From the sequence record DRR723986_8415: a stretch of 64,000 nt of DNA; one strand, given 5' to 3'. The notes beneath the pieces are model-generated. The model did not search any database and was not told the DNA's origin. It saw only the letters and a program-made list of their open reading frames with translations. The position numbers were made by a program, and so were the translations under genes. Shown piece by piece: positions 46,590-57,150 of this stretch (positions are counted from its first letter, which is position 1; every line of letters starts with the position of its first letter).

Positions 46590-47957
46590 CTACATGTCGA
46601 TCTCGAAACCCTTTCGGCTTTCACGCGAAAGGAACGAGTTGGCTTGTTCGTCTCCAACAACTTCTCGCTTGTCGGCGTCCCACGAGAGCGGACGTCCCAG
46701 TCGCATGGCGATGTTCGACAAGTGGCAGATTTCGAGCATGCGGTTGTGCGTCCAGACGTCGGAGATCGGCTGTTCGCGAGACTTCATGCCTTCGATGAAG
46801 TTGGCCGTGTGGTTCTCGCTGACAGGTCCGCCGTAGACCTTTTCAACTGCGTCTTCCGGAAGCGGGTTGTCGGCAAGGTCTTCGACGGGCTTGCCAACAA
46901 TCTTGCCTCGGTTGACGAAGAATCGCCCCTTCGTCCCTTCGAATAGAATGCCATTGTCACCTTCGCTGGTGATGATCATTTCGACATTGTTCGGCATGTC
47001 GACTTGGATTCGGAACTTCGTGGCCGCGTTGTACTGGTCCGCAACCGTAGGATGTCCGTCCTTGTATTCTACCGGTAGGTCGTAATCCAGCGGCGTTACC
47101 TTGCTTGGCCCAGTATCGCTAGCGCCCAAAGCCCAGCAAGCGATATCGACGTGGTGAGCGCCCCAGTCCGTTAGTTTTCCGCCAGAGTATTCGTGCCAAT
47201 TGCGGAACGAGTAGTGACAGTTACTGTAAAGCGGTACGCCGCCGCCGTAACCTTCTCGAAGCTCAGGCAACGCGCGGTATTCTACTTCGGGAGCTGGCCC
47301 GAGCCAGGTATTCCAGTCCAGTCCCTTGGGAACATCGGCAACTGGAATGACCGGCGATGCGATCATGCCGTTGATGCCGCAGGTCACACGTTTTACGGTT
47401 CCAATGCGGCCCGTATTCACCAGTGCAACTGCTTGTAAGAACCGCTGTTCCGATTCAGTTCGTTGCATGGTGCCGACTTGGAAGACTTTGCCTGTCTCTG
47501 TGACGACTTTTTCAATCAGTTTGCCTTCAGCGATCGTCAGCGTTAGTGGTTTCTCGCAGTAGACATCCTTGCCAGCGTACATCGCTTCGATGGCAATCTT
47601 GGTGTGCCAGTGATCGGGCGTTGCGATCATGACTGCATCAATATCCTTGCGCTCCAATACCTTGCGGTAGTCGGCGTAGGCGTCTGGCTTTTTGTCCTGC
47701 TTCTCGGCAGTCTTTTCAACGTTCGCACCGAGGACATTTTCATCGACGTCGACCAAAGCAGCGAAGTCGGCGAACTTGAAAGACTTATTCGTGATCGTCC
47801 AACCTTGGTTGCGAAGACCGATCGTCGCAAAGACAGGACGATCGAGTGCAGAGCGATACCCAAAGGCACGGTCTGATCGCGAGGCTAAGAATGCAGCCGC
47901 CCCAGTAGCGGAGACACTCTGCATAAATCCACGGCGGGACTGATTCGATTTCGACAT
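46590..47957 (-). CDS. Tat-exported Gfo/Idh/MocA oxidoreductase
   Basis: SRRGFM Tat motif, IATPDHWH, YCEKPLT, QVGTMQR, WLGPAP, DWGAHHVD. Confidence 0.93.
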   Translation of the reverse strand: MSKSNQSRRGFMQSVSATGAAAFLASRSDRAFGYRSALDRPVFATIGLRNQGWTITNKSFKFADFAALVDVDENVLGANVEKTAEKQDKKPDAYADYRKVLERKDIDAVMIATPDHWHTKIAIEAMYAGKDVYCEKPLTLTIAEGKLIEKVVTETGKVFQVGTMQRTESEQRFLQAVALVNTGRIGTVKRVTCGINGMIASPVIPVADVPKGLDWNTWLGPAPEVEYRALPELREGYGGGVPLYSNCHYSFRNWHEYSGGKLTDWGAHHVDIACWALGASDTGPSKVTPLDYDLPVEYKDGHPTVADQYNAATKFRIQVDMPNNVEMIITSEGDNGILFEGTKGRFFVNRGKIVGKPVEDLADNPLPEDAVEKVYGGPVSENHTANFIEGMKSREQPISDVWTHNRMLEICHLSNIAMRLGRPLSWDADKREVVGDEQANSFLSRESRKGFEIDM

Positions 47958-48480
47958 TGACTATTTTTCCTAGACTTGAAGTTATAAATCGCGATTGGAC
48001 TGGTCCTGAGTGAACCTTCTTGGCCGACAGGGATTCGTAAGCCCGGCGGCCGCGACTCGTAAACCATGGTCAGCTCAGGCTTAGTTTTGGTAGGAAAGCC
48101 GCAGACTGGCAAAAAAATCGGTACCTTGCCAAGCTGGAGTGCTCAACCCACGCCCTGTTATTCGGAGGCGTTAGCGTTCTACAGGACCGCAGCATGGGCT
48201 CCTAGGGGGTAATTCGCAACCGCAGAAGACTCGCGTAATAGTATACGAATCAACGCAGGAATCCAGTTCACAAGATAAGTCTGGATTGACGCAGCACTGA
48301 TCCGAAATATAGTCCATGCTTTAACGATGCTCCAAGCGGCGTTAAGTATGCAAAGTCCGACCAGAATGGCCGAGAATCTTCCATCCGCTTCGCTGGGCAC
48401 GCACGGAAGCTGGCGCAGCATCTGCCGCTGTCGCCACCGGACGAATTATCCTCGCAGAAGATGAAGTCGCCAAAGACGAT

Positions 48481-50250
48481 ATGTTGAATTTCTTTCGAAG
48501 CCAATCGGCAACCATCAAGAATGATGTTCTCTCAGGGCTGACCGTTGCCCTAGCCCTAGTTCCTGAAGCAATTGCATTTGCATTCGTAGCTGGCGTTTCG
48601 CCACTTATTGGCCTCTACTCGGCGTTCATTATCGGCTTGGTAACGGCGATCTGCGGAGGCCGTCCCGGCATGATCTCTGGTGCAACCGGTGCGATGGCAG
48701 TCGTCGTCGTTGCCCTCGTTCTGGAGTATGGCGTTGAATACCTGTTTCCGACAGTGATTCTTTGCGGCATTCTCCAGACGCTCATCGGGCTAGCGCGGTT
48801 GGGGAAACTCATTCGAATGGTTCCTCACCCGGTCATGCTGGGCTTCGTAAACGGTCTAGCCGTTGTGATCGGGCTTGCTCAACTCTCCAGCTTTAAAACG
48901 CTTTCATCTGCCGGGGACTTGGTTTTTCTTTCTGGTGTTCCCCTTGCAATCATGCTCGGTTTGGTCGCCTTAACGATGTTGATCATCTGGGGACTTCCAA
49001 AAATCACGACTGCTGTTCCAGCATCATTGGTCGCGATCCTTGGCGTCACGCTGCTGAGTGTTGCGATCAATCGGACCTACACCGCAGAAGATTCCAACCA
49101 GAACTTAGTTGCTACGGTTGGAGATATGCTCGCAACCAATTCAAAGGCGAGCGACGTGAAGAAGATTCGCGACGAATACAATCTTGCTTCAGTCGACAGT
49201 CACAGTGGTCACGCTAGCGCGATCAAACCCGTCAAGCTGCAGCAGCGAACGGAGGCGGAATTGGCCACTGACAAGGAAGCTGCTGAGACTGAAATCGCAA
49301 CGGTTCTCGCATCACCTGCATCAGAAGGCGGAATCAAAGGCGGGTTGCCTCGTCTGTTCTTCTTAGACTTCGAAGTCGTGCCGCTTAACTTTGAGACGCT
49401 CCGAATCATCTTTCCGTTCGCCATCATCCTGTGCGGCGTTGGTCTGATCGAATCACTGATGACTCTGACACTGATCGACGAGATCACAGAAACGCGTGGA
49501 CGCGGGAATCGAGAGTGCATTGGCCAAGGCGCGGCAAACATTCTGTGCGGTTTGTTCGGAGGAATGGGCGGCTGTGCAATGATTGGTCAATCATTGATTA
49601 ACGTAAATTCCGGTGGCCGCGGCCGACTGTCCGGAATCGTAGCTTCCGTTTCGCTGCTTTTGTTTGTTCTTTTCCTTTCGCCGTACATTGAACAGATTCC
49701 GATGGCCGCTTTGGTGGGCGTTATGTTCATGGTGGTTGTTGGAACGTTTGAGTGGGCTTCACTCAAAATGTTCAGCCGTATGCCACGAAGCGATGTTTTC
49801 GTGATGGTCTTTGTGACGTTGTACACCGTGTTCATGCACGATTTGGCGTCAGCGGTCATCCTGGGAGTCGTCGTTGCGGCACTCGTGTTTGCCTGGCAGC
49901 ATGCAACGCACATGGGAGCCGACATCAAGCACAACGAATTTGGTAGCAAAATCTATCAACTGCACGGACCGCTGTTTTTCGCCTCGGTTTCCTCGTTCAA
50001 GGACATGTTTGATGTCAATGAGGATCCGGAGGATGTTGTGATCGATTTCTACTACACACGCGTCTACGATCAGTCAGGGCTTGAGGCGATCAATTCGCTT
50101 GCCGAGAAATATGACGCTGCCGGCAAACGACTGCACCTGACCCACTTGAGCGAAGAGTGTCGGAATCTGTTGGATCGTGCGGGGGATTTTGTCGAGATCA
50201 ACGTTTCTGAAGACCCACAGTATCACGTCGCCGCTGACCGTCTGGCCTAA
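48481..50250 (+). CDS. SulP/SLC26 inorganic anion transporter (BicA-like) with STAS domain
   Basis: [45 protein letters not shown]. Confidence 0.93.
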   Translation: MLNFFRSQSATIKNDVLSGLTVALALVPEAIAFAFVAGVSPLIGLYSAFIIGLVTAICGGRPGMISGATGAMAVVVVALVLEYGVEYLFPTVILCGILQTLIGLARLGKLIRMVPHPVMLGFVNGLAVVIGLAQLSSFKTLSSAGDLVFLSGVPLAIMLGLVALTMLIIWGLPKITTAVPASLVAILGVTLLSVAINRTYTAEDSNQNLVATVGDMLATNSKASDVKKIRDEYNLASVDSHSGHASAIKPVKLQQRTEAELATDKEAAETEIATVLASPASEGGIKGGLPRLFFLDFEVVPLNFETLRIIFPFAIILCGVGLIESLMTLTLIDEITETRGRGNRECIGQGAANILCGLFGGMGGCAMIGQSLINVNSGGRGRLSGIVASVSLLLFVLFLSPYIEQIPMAALVGVMFMVVVGTFEWASLKMFSRMPRSDVFVMVFVTLYTVFMHDLASAVILGVVVAALVFAWQHATHMGADIKHNEFGSKIYQLHGPLFFASVSSFKDMFDVNEDPEDVVIDFYYTRVYDQSGLEAINSLAEKYDAAGKRLHLTHLSEECRNLLDRAGDFVEINVSEDPQYHVAADRLA

Positions 50251-50282
50251 GCCAAAGGCATCAGCGAGAGTATGATCGCCAA

Positions 50283-53200
50283 CTAAACAACGGCAGGTGC
50301 ATTCCTGCGGTGGATCAGCGTGTAAACGGTCGGCACCAACACAAGTGTCAGCACCGTCGAAACGGTCAAGCCGCCCAGTAGTGCTCGAGCAAGCGGAATC
50401 ATTGCTTCTCCACCGGGTGCTAGTTGGAACGAGAACGGTAGCATCGATGCGACGAGCGTTAGTGTCGTCATAAGGATTGGACGCAGTCGAACTTGTGCTG
50501 CGGCCAAGGCGGCATCTCTAGCCGATGAGCCCTGCAGACGCTGGCGATTGGCAAACTCGACAAGAAGAATCGAGTTGTTCACGACGACTCCGATCATCAT
50601 GAGAGTGCCCATCAGGGATTGGATGTTGATGGTCGTTCCAGTAGCGAACAGTACCAGAATCACGCCTCCCAAACCGAGCGGCACGGCAAGCATGATGATC
50701 AGTGGATCGACGAAGGAACGGAACTGAGCCATAAGGACTAAGTAGACGAGCAGCGCTGCAACGGCCAGGCCTACGCCAAGTAAATTCATTCCAGAACGCA
50801 TCTTTTCCACCGGTCCTCGCAACGTTGTTGCTACACCGCTCGCAAACTCCATCTCAGCAAGGGCTCTTTCGATGTCTGCTGCGACACTGCCCAAGTCTCT
50901 GCCCGTCACATTCACATGCACATCGTTGACGCGTGAAATGTTGTAGTGGGCGATCTCGCCCGGAATGTTGACGCGTTTGATCGTGGCGATGTTCGACAGT
51001 GGAATTGTTACCGGACCAGTTGCTGAGTCCAGTGAGATGGGCATATTCTGAATTTCTTCGAGCGATTCGAATTTGTTGTCCTCGTATTGAACACCCATGA
51101 AGAAGTCGACACCAGTCTTTGGATCGATCCAAATTGTTGGCGAATACCCGACGCTGGAGCCTAGAGCAGTGAGAATTGTCTGAGCGACATCTTCTTGGTT
51201 GACTCCTAGGTACTTCGCTCGAGTTCGATCGACTTCGACATCATACTGTGGGTAGTCGAGTGACTGGGCAATTTGGACATCCGCTGTACCGGGGATCGCC
51301 TGAACAACCTCCACGATTCTCTCCGCGGCATCACGGCAAGCCCCGATTGTTCCCGCTGAGACTTGAACACTAATGGGCGTCGGGACACCTTCATTGAGTG
51401 CCATGTTGACGATACCGCCAGAGACAAACAGAAACTGCTCAAGCGGGTAATCTTCAGCAAATTTCTCTCGCAGCGATTCGATATACGTGCTGGTTGCAAC
51501 ACTGCGGCCGGTCTGCTTCAAGTTTACGATGATGTACGCCGTGTCGGGGCCTGAATTGGAACTCAGAACCGTCGAAAACCCCGCCCCCTTACCAACCGGC
51601 AAGCCAATGTTGGAGATCAGCGTATCGATCTCTTCTCTTGGAATAACGTCTTGGATCGAGTCTTCAATCCGAGCCACTAGGCTTTCTGTGTCTTCAAGTT
51701 TTGTACCCGGCAGCGTCTTCAGGCGAATTTCGAAAGTGCCCGCGTCTACGCTTGGAAAGAGCTCGCTGCCGAGCTGCGGTGTGAGCAGAAACATTGCGGC
51801 CGCACAGGCAACGATGATGCCAGTTGTTGCGGCCGGAGCCGCCAGTGCTGCAGATAGCAGCCGACCATACAGTCCCCGCGGTTTGCGATCATCTCCGTTT
51901 GGCTCCGAATTGCTTTGGTTGAGCACTTTGGATCGAACGAAAGTTGCACAGAACGCTGGTACGACAGTCAACGCTAAAAGATACGATGCCGCGATTGTAA
52001 ATGTTGCCGCTAGCGACAGCGGTAAGAACAGGTACTTGATCATCCCAGTTAAGAATACCGCTGGCAGGAATACGGCCAGCGTGGTGATCGTCCCCGCAAG
52101 GATAGCCCCAGAAACCTCCGATGTACCATCCTGTGCTGCAGCAAGAGCCGATTTGCCCATTCGTCCGTGTCGAATGATGTTCTCGACGACCACAATGCCT
52201 GCATCGACGACGGTTCCAACGGCAAGGGCGATGCCGCCGAGCGTCATGACGTTGATCGTCTGCCCCGTAAAGGCAAAGCCAAGAGCGCCGATCAAAATCG
52301 CGAAAAGGATCGTTGCGACAATAATGACAGTGGGCAGTAGGCTTCTCAAGAAGACTAGGACGACAATGGCAACTAGCGCGGCGCCAAGGGCTACTTGCGT
52401 GACAAGGCTGCTCATCGCGTTGCGAATAAAGCTGGATTGATCGGAGACCAGCGTGACTTCCGTTGCTTCAGGAATGTCACCGCGCTCCTTCATTTTAGGA
52501 ATCTCGCGGCTAATCCCTTCGTAGATTCGGTCTACGACGGCTATCGTGTTTTCGCCAGGTTCACGAAGCAATGGGCAATAAACACTGCGGCTTCCGTTAA
52601 CTCGCACAACGTTGTACTGAAGTGCGGCGTCATCAACGACTCTGGCTACATCGCGAATGAAGATTGGCTGCCCATCACGGACGTCAATTGGAATGTTCTC
52701 GATTTGGTTGGTGTCGGGAAGTGTGTTGAGCGGATGGACTTGGTAATCCGTGTTGCCAATTTCTGCCGTTCCCGATGCAAGGACTAGATTAGACTTCTTC
52801 AGCGCATCGACGACGTCGGTTGCGCTGATTCGAAGGGCTTGCAGTTTAGCAGGATCGACATAAACCATCATCTGACGAAACTTGCCGCCAAATGGGTGAG
52901 GAATTTGGACTCCTTTGAGTCCGCCCATTTTGTTTCGGACCGCGTAATAGCCAATTGTGTATAGCTGTGATTCACTAAGACCTTCGCCGGAGATTGCGGC
53001 CAGCACGACCGGCAAATTGGCGGGTTCGCTGCGAAGCGTAAATGGCCACTCGATACCGGGCGGCAAGTGAAACATGTCGCTCGCTTCTAGGTTGACGATG
53101 TCATTCATCGCTGAACTGGCATCCGCACCGGGCTGGAAAAATATCTTGATGATCGCCGCCCCAGGGACCGTACGCGATTCTTGATGCTCAATTTTTCCTG

Positions 53201-53420
53201 CGAGGGTGAGAGCCCGCTCGACGCGTGACGTTACGGATTTTTCCATGTCCATCGTCGGAAGACCGGGATAGGAAAAGAAGCTCACCACGACCGGCTTCTT
53301 AAAGTCCGGCAGGATATCGATCGTGATGCCTGGGATAACCGCTGCGCCAAGAACACATAAGGCGACAATACCGGCGAGGACGCCGAAGCGATTGTTCAAT
53401 GAGAAACGAGTTAGACCCAT
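50283..53420 (-). CDS. RND efflux transporter permease subunit
   Basis: 1045 aa, TM4 VVDAGIVVVENI, GVVVNNSILLV, RLRPILMT. Confidence 0.95.
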   Translation of the reverse strand: MGLTRFSLNNRFGVLAGIVALCVLGAAVIPGITIDILPDFKKPVVVSFFSYPGLPTMDMEKSVTSRVERALTLAGKIEHQESRTVPGAAIIKIFFQPGADASSAMNDIVNLEASDMFHLPPGIEWPFTLRSEPANLPVVLAAISGEGLSESQLYTIGYYAVRNKMGGLKGVQIPHPFGGKFRQMMVYVDPAKLQALRISATDVVDALKKSNLVLASGTAEIGNTDYQVHPLNTLPDTNQIENIPIDVRDGQPIFIRDVARVVDDAALQYNVVRVNGSRSVYCPLLREPGENTIAVVDRIYEGISREIPKMKERGDIPEATEVTLVSDQSSFIRNAMSSLVTQVALGAALVAIVVLVFLRSLLPTVIIVATILFAILIGALGFAFTGQTINVMTLGGIALAVGTVVDAGIVVVENIIRHGRMGKSALAAAQDGTSEVSGAILAGTITTLAVFLPAVFLTGMIKYLFLPLSLAATFTIAASYLLALTVVPAFCATFVRSKVLNQSNSEPNGDDRKPRGLYGRLLSAALAAPAATTGIIVACAAAMFLLTPQLGSELFPSVDAGTFEIRLKTLPGTKLEDTESLVARIEDSIQDVIPREEIDTLISNIGLPVGKGAGFSTVLSSNSGPDTAYIIVNLKQTGRSVATSTYIESLREKFAEDYPLEQFLFVSGGIVNMALNEGVPTPISVQVSAGTIGACRDAAERIVEVVQAIPGTADVQIAQSLDYPQYDVEVDRTRAKYLGVNQEDVAQTILTALGSSVGYSPTIWIDPKTGVDFFMGVQYEDNKFESLEEIQNMPISLDSATGPVTIPLSNIATIKRVNIPGEIAHYNISRVNDVHVNVTGRDLGSVAADIERALAEMEFASGVATTLRGPVEKMRSGMNLLGVGLAVAALLVYLVLMAQFRSFVDPLIIMLAVPLGLGGVILVLFATGTTINIQSLMGTLMMIGVVVNNSILLVEFANRQRLQGSSARDAALAAAQVRLRPILMTTLTLVASMLPFSFQLAPGGEAMIPLARALLGGLTVSTVLTLVLVPTVYTLIHRRNAPAVV

Positions 53421-53486
53421 GGTGCTTCGTCAGGTTATGGAGTGATATCTAGAAGCCAGAAGTTGTGCCGTCACAGGGAGAAGTAA

Positions 53487-54800
53487 TCAACGCAGCGGTT
53501 GTACTTCTTGGCCATCGAACAATCGTTTCAAATGTGGACCGACGACTTGTTGGCCCGGCTCCAATCCGGCGGCGATCTCAATGCGACTTCCAGTGTCATA
53601 CCCCGTTTGCACGTCGACGACCTTTACCTGGTTGTTGTCGTCGACGACATAGACATAACTGCGGCCTGCTTCGTCGAACCGCACGGCCCTTGATGGAAGG
53701 ACCGTGGCGACTGTGTCCTGCGAAAGCTGAATCTTGGCCTCTCCGAACATGCCAGGCAGCAGTTTGCCGTCCGCATTGTCGATTTCAGCTTCGACGACCA
53801 TGGTCCGCGTACTTGGATCCAGGCTACCCGCACGGCGAGAGACTGTGGCGATCATTGGCGGTTCGTCTTTGAAGGATGGGAAGCTCAGTTCGATTTGATC
53901 GCCTGGCTGCACGAAAGGAGCGTTGATTTCGGGAACGGGGATCCGAACGCGAACTTTGTCTGTTTGACTGACGACGAACAACATCTCGGCGCCGGGCGCA
54001 TCGCCATCGACCAATTCACCGAATTCGACGTGACGTTCCGTCACAATTCCAGACATCGGGGACGTGACGGCGGTGTATTGAAGCATGACCTCTGCTTCCT
54101 CAAGCTCACGACGTGCCATGTTCGTCTCTGCTTGAGCGGCTCGAAACTCCGCCTCGGCGGCGCCCTTTCCGGCTTTGGCCACAGACACTTCAGCTTCGGC
54201 GGACTGTGCTGCGGAGCTGATCGCCATCGTTGCCGCTAAGGCTGAGTCGCGTTTCTTGGTGACCTCGTCGAGAACGCGCTGTTGCAGCGAACCGCGGCTG
54301 ACGAGATCATTTGTCCGCGAGTACTCCGCTTCAGCGGCGGCGAGCGAGGCTTTGGAGCTGTCAAGTTCCGAGGCTGCTTGTTCCAGTTGTGCCGCCGCGG
54401 ATCGTACTGCTGCTTCGGAAAGCTCGATGCCAGAAGCGGCCATTTGTTCTTTCGCTTTGAGTAGATCGACCCGCGCACGCAGAACTTCTATTTGCTTCTC
54501 CATTTCGGGAACGCTCAGCTTTGCAAGTAGCGCGTCAGCCTCCACGACGTCACCGATGTCCGCGGCCAGCTCCGTGACGAACCCAGAAACCTTTGCGCGG
54601 ATCTCGGTTTCGTAGAAGGCATGGACCGTTGCCGGCTGAGTCGTCGTGCGGTCGATCTTCTCCTGTTGGACGGCAACTAGTTGTACCGGTACCGGTCGTT
54701 CGGCAATCGATTTTTCGACGATCTTGGGTGCGGAGCACCCGAGGGCCGTTGCAAAACAGACGGCTGGTAGACAAAGGATTGGATTTTTCCACGTCTTCAT
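53487..54800 (-). CDS. RND periplasmic adaptor (MFP), lipoprotein
   Basis: LGC lipobox, AKVSGFV...DIGD, long coiled coil, SPMSGIVT, TRTM, LLPGMF. Confidence 0.92.
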   Translation of the reverse strand: MKTWKNPILCLPAVCFATALGCSAPKIVEKSIAERPVPVQLVAVQQEKIDRTTTQPATVHAFYETEIRAKVSGFVTELAADIGDVVEADALLAKLSVPEMEKQIEVLRARVDLLKAKEQMAASGIELSEAAVRSAAAQLEQAASELDSSKASLAAAEAEYSRTNDLVSRGSLQQRVLDEVTKKRDSALAATMAISSAAQSAEAEVSVAKAGKGAAEAEFRAAQAETNMARRELEEAEVMLQYTAVTSPMSGIVTERHVEFGELVDGDAPGAEMLFVVSQTDKVRVRIPVPEINAPFVQPGDQIELSFPSFKDEPPMIATVSRRAGSLDPSTRTMVVEAEIDNADGKLLPGMFGEAKIQLSQDTVATVLPSRAVRFDEAGRSYVYVVDDNNQVKVVDVQTGYDTGSRIEIAAGLEPGQQVVGPHLKRLFDGQEVQPLR

Positions 54801-55146
54801 TGGAGATCTCAACAGGTGAGGATGAATCGCAGTTGCTTCAGTCGCACAACTGCCAGGCCGCACAGGTGCCACAACCCGCGGAAGCGGAATAATCGGCAGC
54901 GTTTCGCGGATCGCAAGCAACAGTTTAGTTCGTATCACTCGCATTATCCCTGGCCATCAATACGATTCTGAGCAATTCGGTCGACACAGCTATGATTACC
55001 GCTACGTCCGATCGCCGAAGACAATCGAGCACGACCGATCTAGTCGGACCAATGCGTGCATTTGTTGCGGCGCACACAGCGCGGCCAAGCCTCGGGCTCG
55101 ATTACTGCGGCCGCTCAGTGAGCGCGACTGCAAAGGAGACGGCAGG

Positions 55147-57042
55147 ATGCCGAAACTGGACAAGCGACTATTGCTCTTGGCTCTTCTAGGGTCGACCGGC
55201 TGCGCGGGTAGCCGCGAAACCCACCAGTGGCAGTCCGGATTGTGGTACCGCTCAAGTTCGCATGCGTCTTTCCAGCCCAAAGTGGACCCTGTTGCTGAGC
55301 AGGCTCAAGCGGTGGCCTCGTCAATTGCTCGAGCTCAACAGTCTCATGAGCCCTTGGCAACTCCGTTGCAGTCTAAACAGGTTGCTGCAGCAGAGCGTGG
55401 TCGAACTCCTTTCACTCAAGTCGGTTTTCAGCGTCCGGTCAAACTTGCGGAACATCCAGATTTTGGTGATGGCAGCTCTTCGGCCACGCAAGCTGGCCCG
55501 CCAGCAGAAGTCACTATCGAAGGTGTGACCTACGAAATCAAAAAGCCCCACGGTGACGGAGCACAAAGGGCAGCATCGCAAATCGAAACGCCACGGATCA
55601 GTAGCGCCTACCAACATGTCGCACCACAAAGCGACGCCGACGCGTTAGGTATTCAAAACGCTGGTGCAGTTCAGGCTCATCCGGTCGCCCACCGCCAACA
55701 GTTTGAGCAACAGCCATCGGCTGGCTCGGTCGGGGCTGTTGTGACAACCGAGCAAGCCCTTGTGCCGATGAATTTGCCCTCAGTGCTTGCAGCAATCGAT
55801 GGATCGCACCCAATCGTTGGTCAAGCTAGATGGCGCGTTCAGCAGGCTTATGCACGCTTAGCACAGGCGGAAGCGCTTTGGCTACCGTCCATCCAAGCTG
55901 GATTCAGTTTTCATCGCCATGATGGCAACTACCAAGCAAGTAACGGCGATATCGTTGATGTGAACCGGAATTCGTTTCAGTATGGCCTTGGCGTTGGTGC
56001 TACTGGAGCGGGAACGACTATGCCCCGACCCGGCATCGTGGCCCAGTTTCATCTCGCCGACGCGCTCTTCACACCAAAGCAGGCGGAAAAGACCGCTTGG
56101 GCGCGCGGCCATGCAGCCAGCGCGACGCTCAACCAACAGCTTCTCGATGCATCGGTCACGTACCTAGAATTGGTCGATGCGCATCAGGAGATCGAGATCG
56201 CACTGGAAGCCAAACAGCGATTTGCGGAACTGGCGAATATTACCAGCGACTTTGCGGATACCGGACAAGGGCTTCAGGCTGATGCTGATCGGTTGCAAAC
56301 GGAGCTCGCGCTGGCAGAATCACGGTTGCTTGCCGCGCGCGAGCGGGCTTCCATCGCAGCCGCAGCTCTTGCGCAGTCAATTAGCCTTGATGGCGATGCG
56401 GAGATCGTACCAACGGACTACACGGCTCTTGCAATCGACCTAGTTGACGTCGACGCTGACAAAGGTGCGTTGGTCGCATCAGCCCTGGGATCACGCCCTG
56501 AGCTGAAGGAATCTCAGGCCTTAGTTGCAGCAGCTTGTGAAGCGTACCGCCGCGAGAAGTACGCCGCGTTCGTGCCAAGCGTTCTGCTGGGACTGTCTAC
56601 TGGCGGATTTGGTGGAGGATTGGGTAACAGCTTAGCCAATGTCGACCATCGATATGACTTTGATGCAATGTTGTCTTGGGAGATGCGCAACCTTGGGTTC
56701 GGTGATCGAGCAGCTCGGCGAGAGCAAACGGCCCGCGTTCAGCAGGCTCGATTCGAAAAAGTCAGTGTCATGGACCAGATTGCCCGCGATGTCTCGGAAG
56801 CCTACGCGCGAGTCACTTTTCGCAAGCAACAGATCGCCGTGACGGAAACTGCCGTTCAGGCGGCGGACGACTCCTATCGACGAAATCTAGAGCGCATCCG
56901 CGAGGGGCAAGGATTGCCGATCGAAGTGTTGCAGTCGATCCAAGCTCTCGAGTCAGCTCAGCGGGCGTATTTGCGTAGCGTCATTGATCACAACCAGGCT
57001 CAGTTGCAACTACAGTGGGCCATGGGGTTCCCGGTTAGCTAA
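55147..57042 (+). CDS. TolC-family outer membrane efflux lipoprotein
   Basis: TGC lipobox, WLPSI, RPEL, YRRN...EG...IEVL, N.AQ..L.WAMG. Confidence 0.88.
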   Translation: MPKLDKRLLLLALLGSTGCAGSRETHQWQSGLWYRSSSHASFQPKVDPVAEQAQAVASSIARAQQSHEPLATPLQSKQVAAAERGRTPFTQVGFQRPVKLAEHPDFGDGSSSATQAGPPAEVTIEGVTYEIKKPHGDGAQRAASQIETPRISSAYQHVAPQSDADALGIQNAGAVQAHPVAHRQQFEQQPSAGSVGAVVTTEQALVPMNLPSVLAAIDGSHPIVGQARWRVQQAYARLAQAEALWLPSIQAGFSFHRHDGNYQASNGDIVDVNRNSFQYGLGVGATGAGTTMPRPGIVAQFHLADALFTPKQAEKTAWARGHAASATLNQQLLDASVTYLELVDAHQEIEIALEAKQRFAELANITSDFADTGQGLQADADRLQTELALAESRLLAARERASIAAAALAQSISLDGDAEIVPTDYTALAIDLVDVDADKGALVASALGSRPELKESQALVAAACEAYRREKYAAFVPSVLLGLSTGGFGGGLGNSLANVDHRYDFDAMLSWEMRNLGFGDRAARREQTARVQQARFEKVSVMDQIARDVSEAYARVTFRKQQIAVTETAVQAADDSYRRNLERIREGQGLPIEVLQSIQALESAQRAYLRSVIDHNQAQLQLQWAMGFPVS

Positions 57043-57150
57043 ATTGCTCTGTTCAGCTCGGCGAAGCAACCGGTCGTTCTGGCCTTCAGTGACAGTTTGC
57101 CCCCTGCACTCTCGCTAGAGTGTTTGAGTCATGTAGCTCAGGAAACAAAG

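Noticed and set aside
47958-48480. Possible riboswitch or small ORFs upstream of SulP
   Set aside because: No recognisable aptamer or terminator; the short ORFs lack motifs.
51487-52440. 317-aa plus-strand ORF
   Set aside because: Antisense shadow of the RND permease, like other long antisense ORFs (16599-17228, 22394-22996, 28107-28733, 59317-59988).
54801-54944. N-terminal extension of the MFP in the ORF track
   Set aside because: The lipoprotein signal peptide begins at ATG 54800, so the upstream part is likely untranslated.
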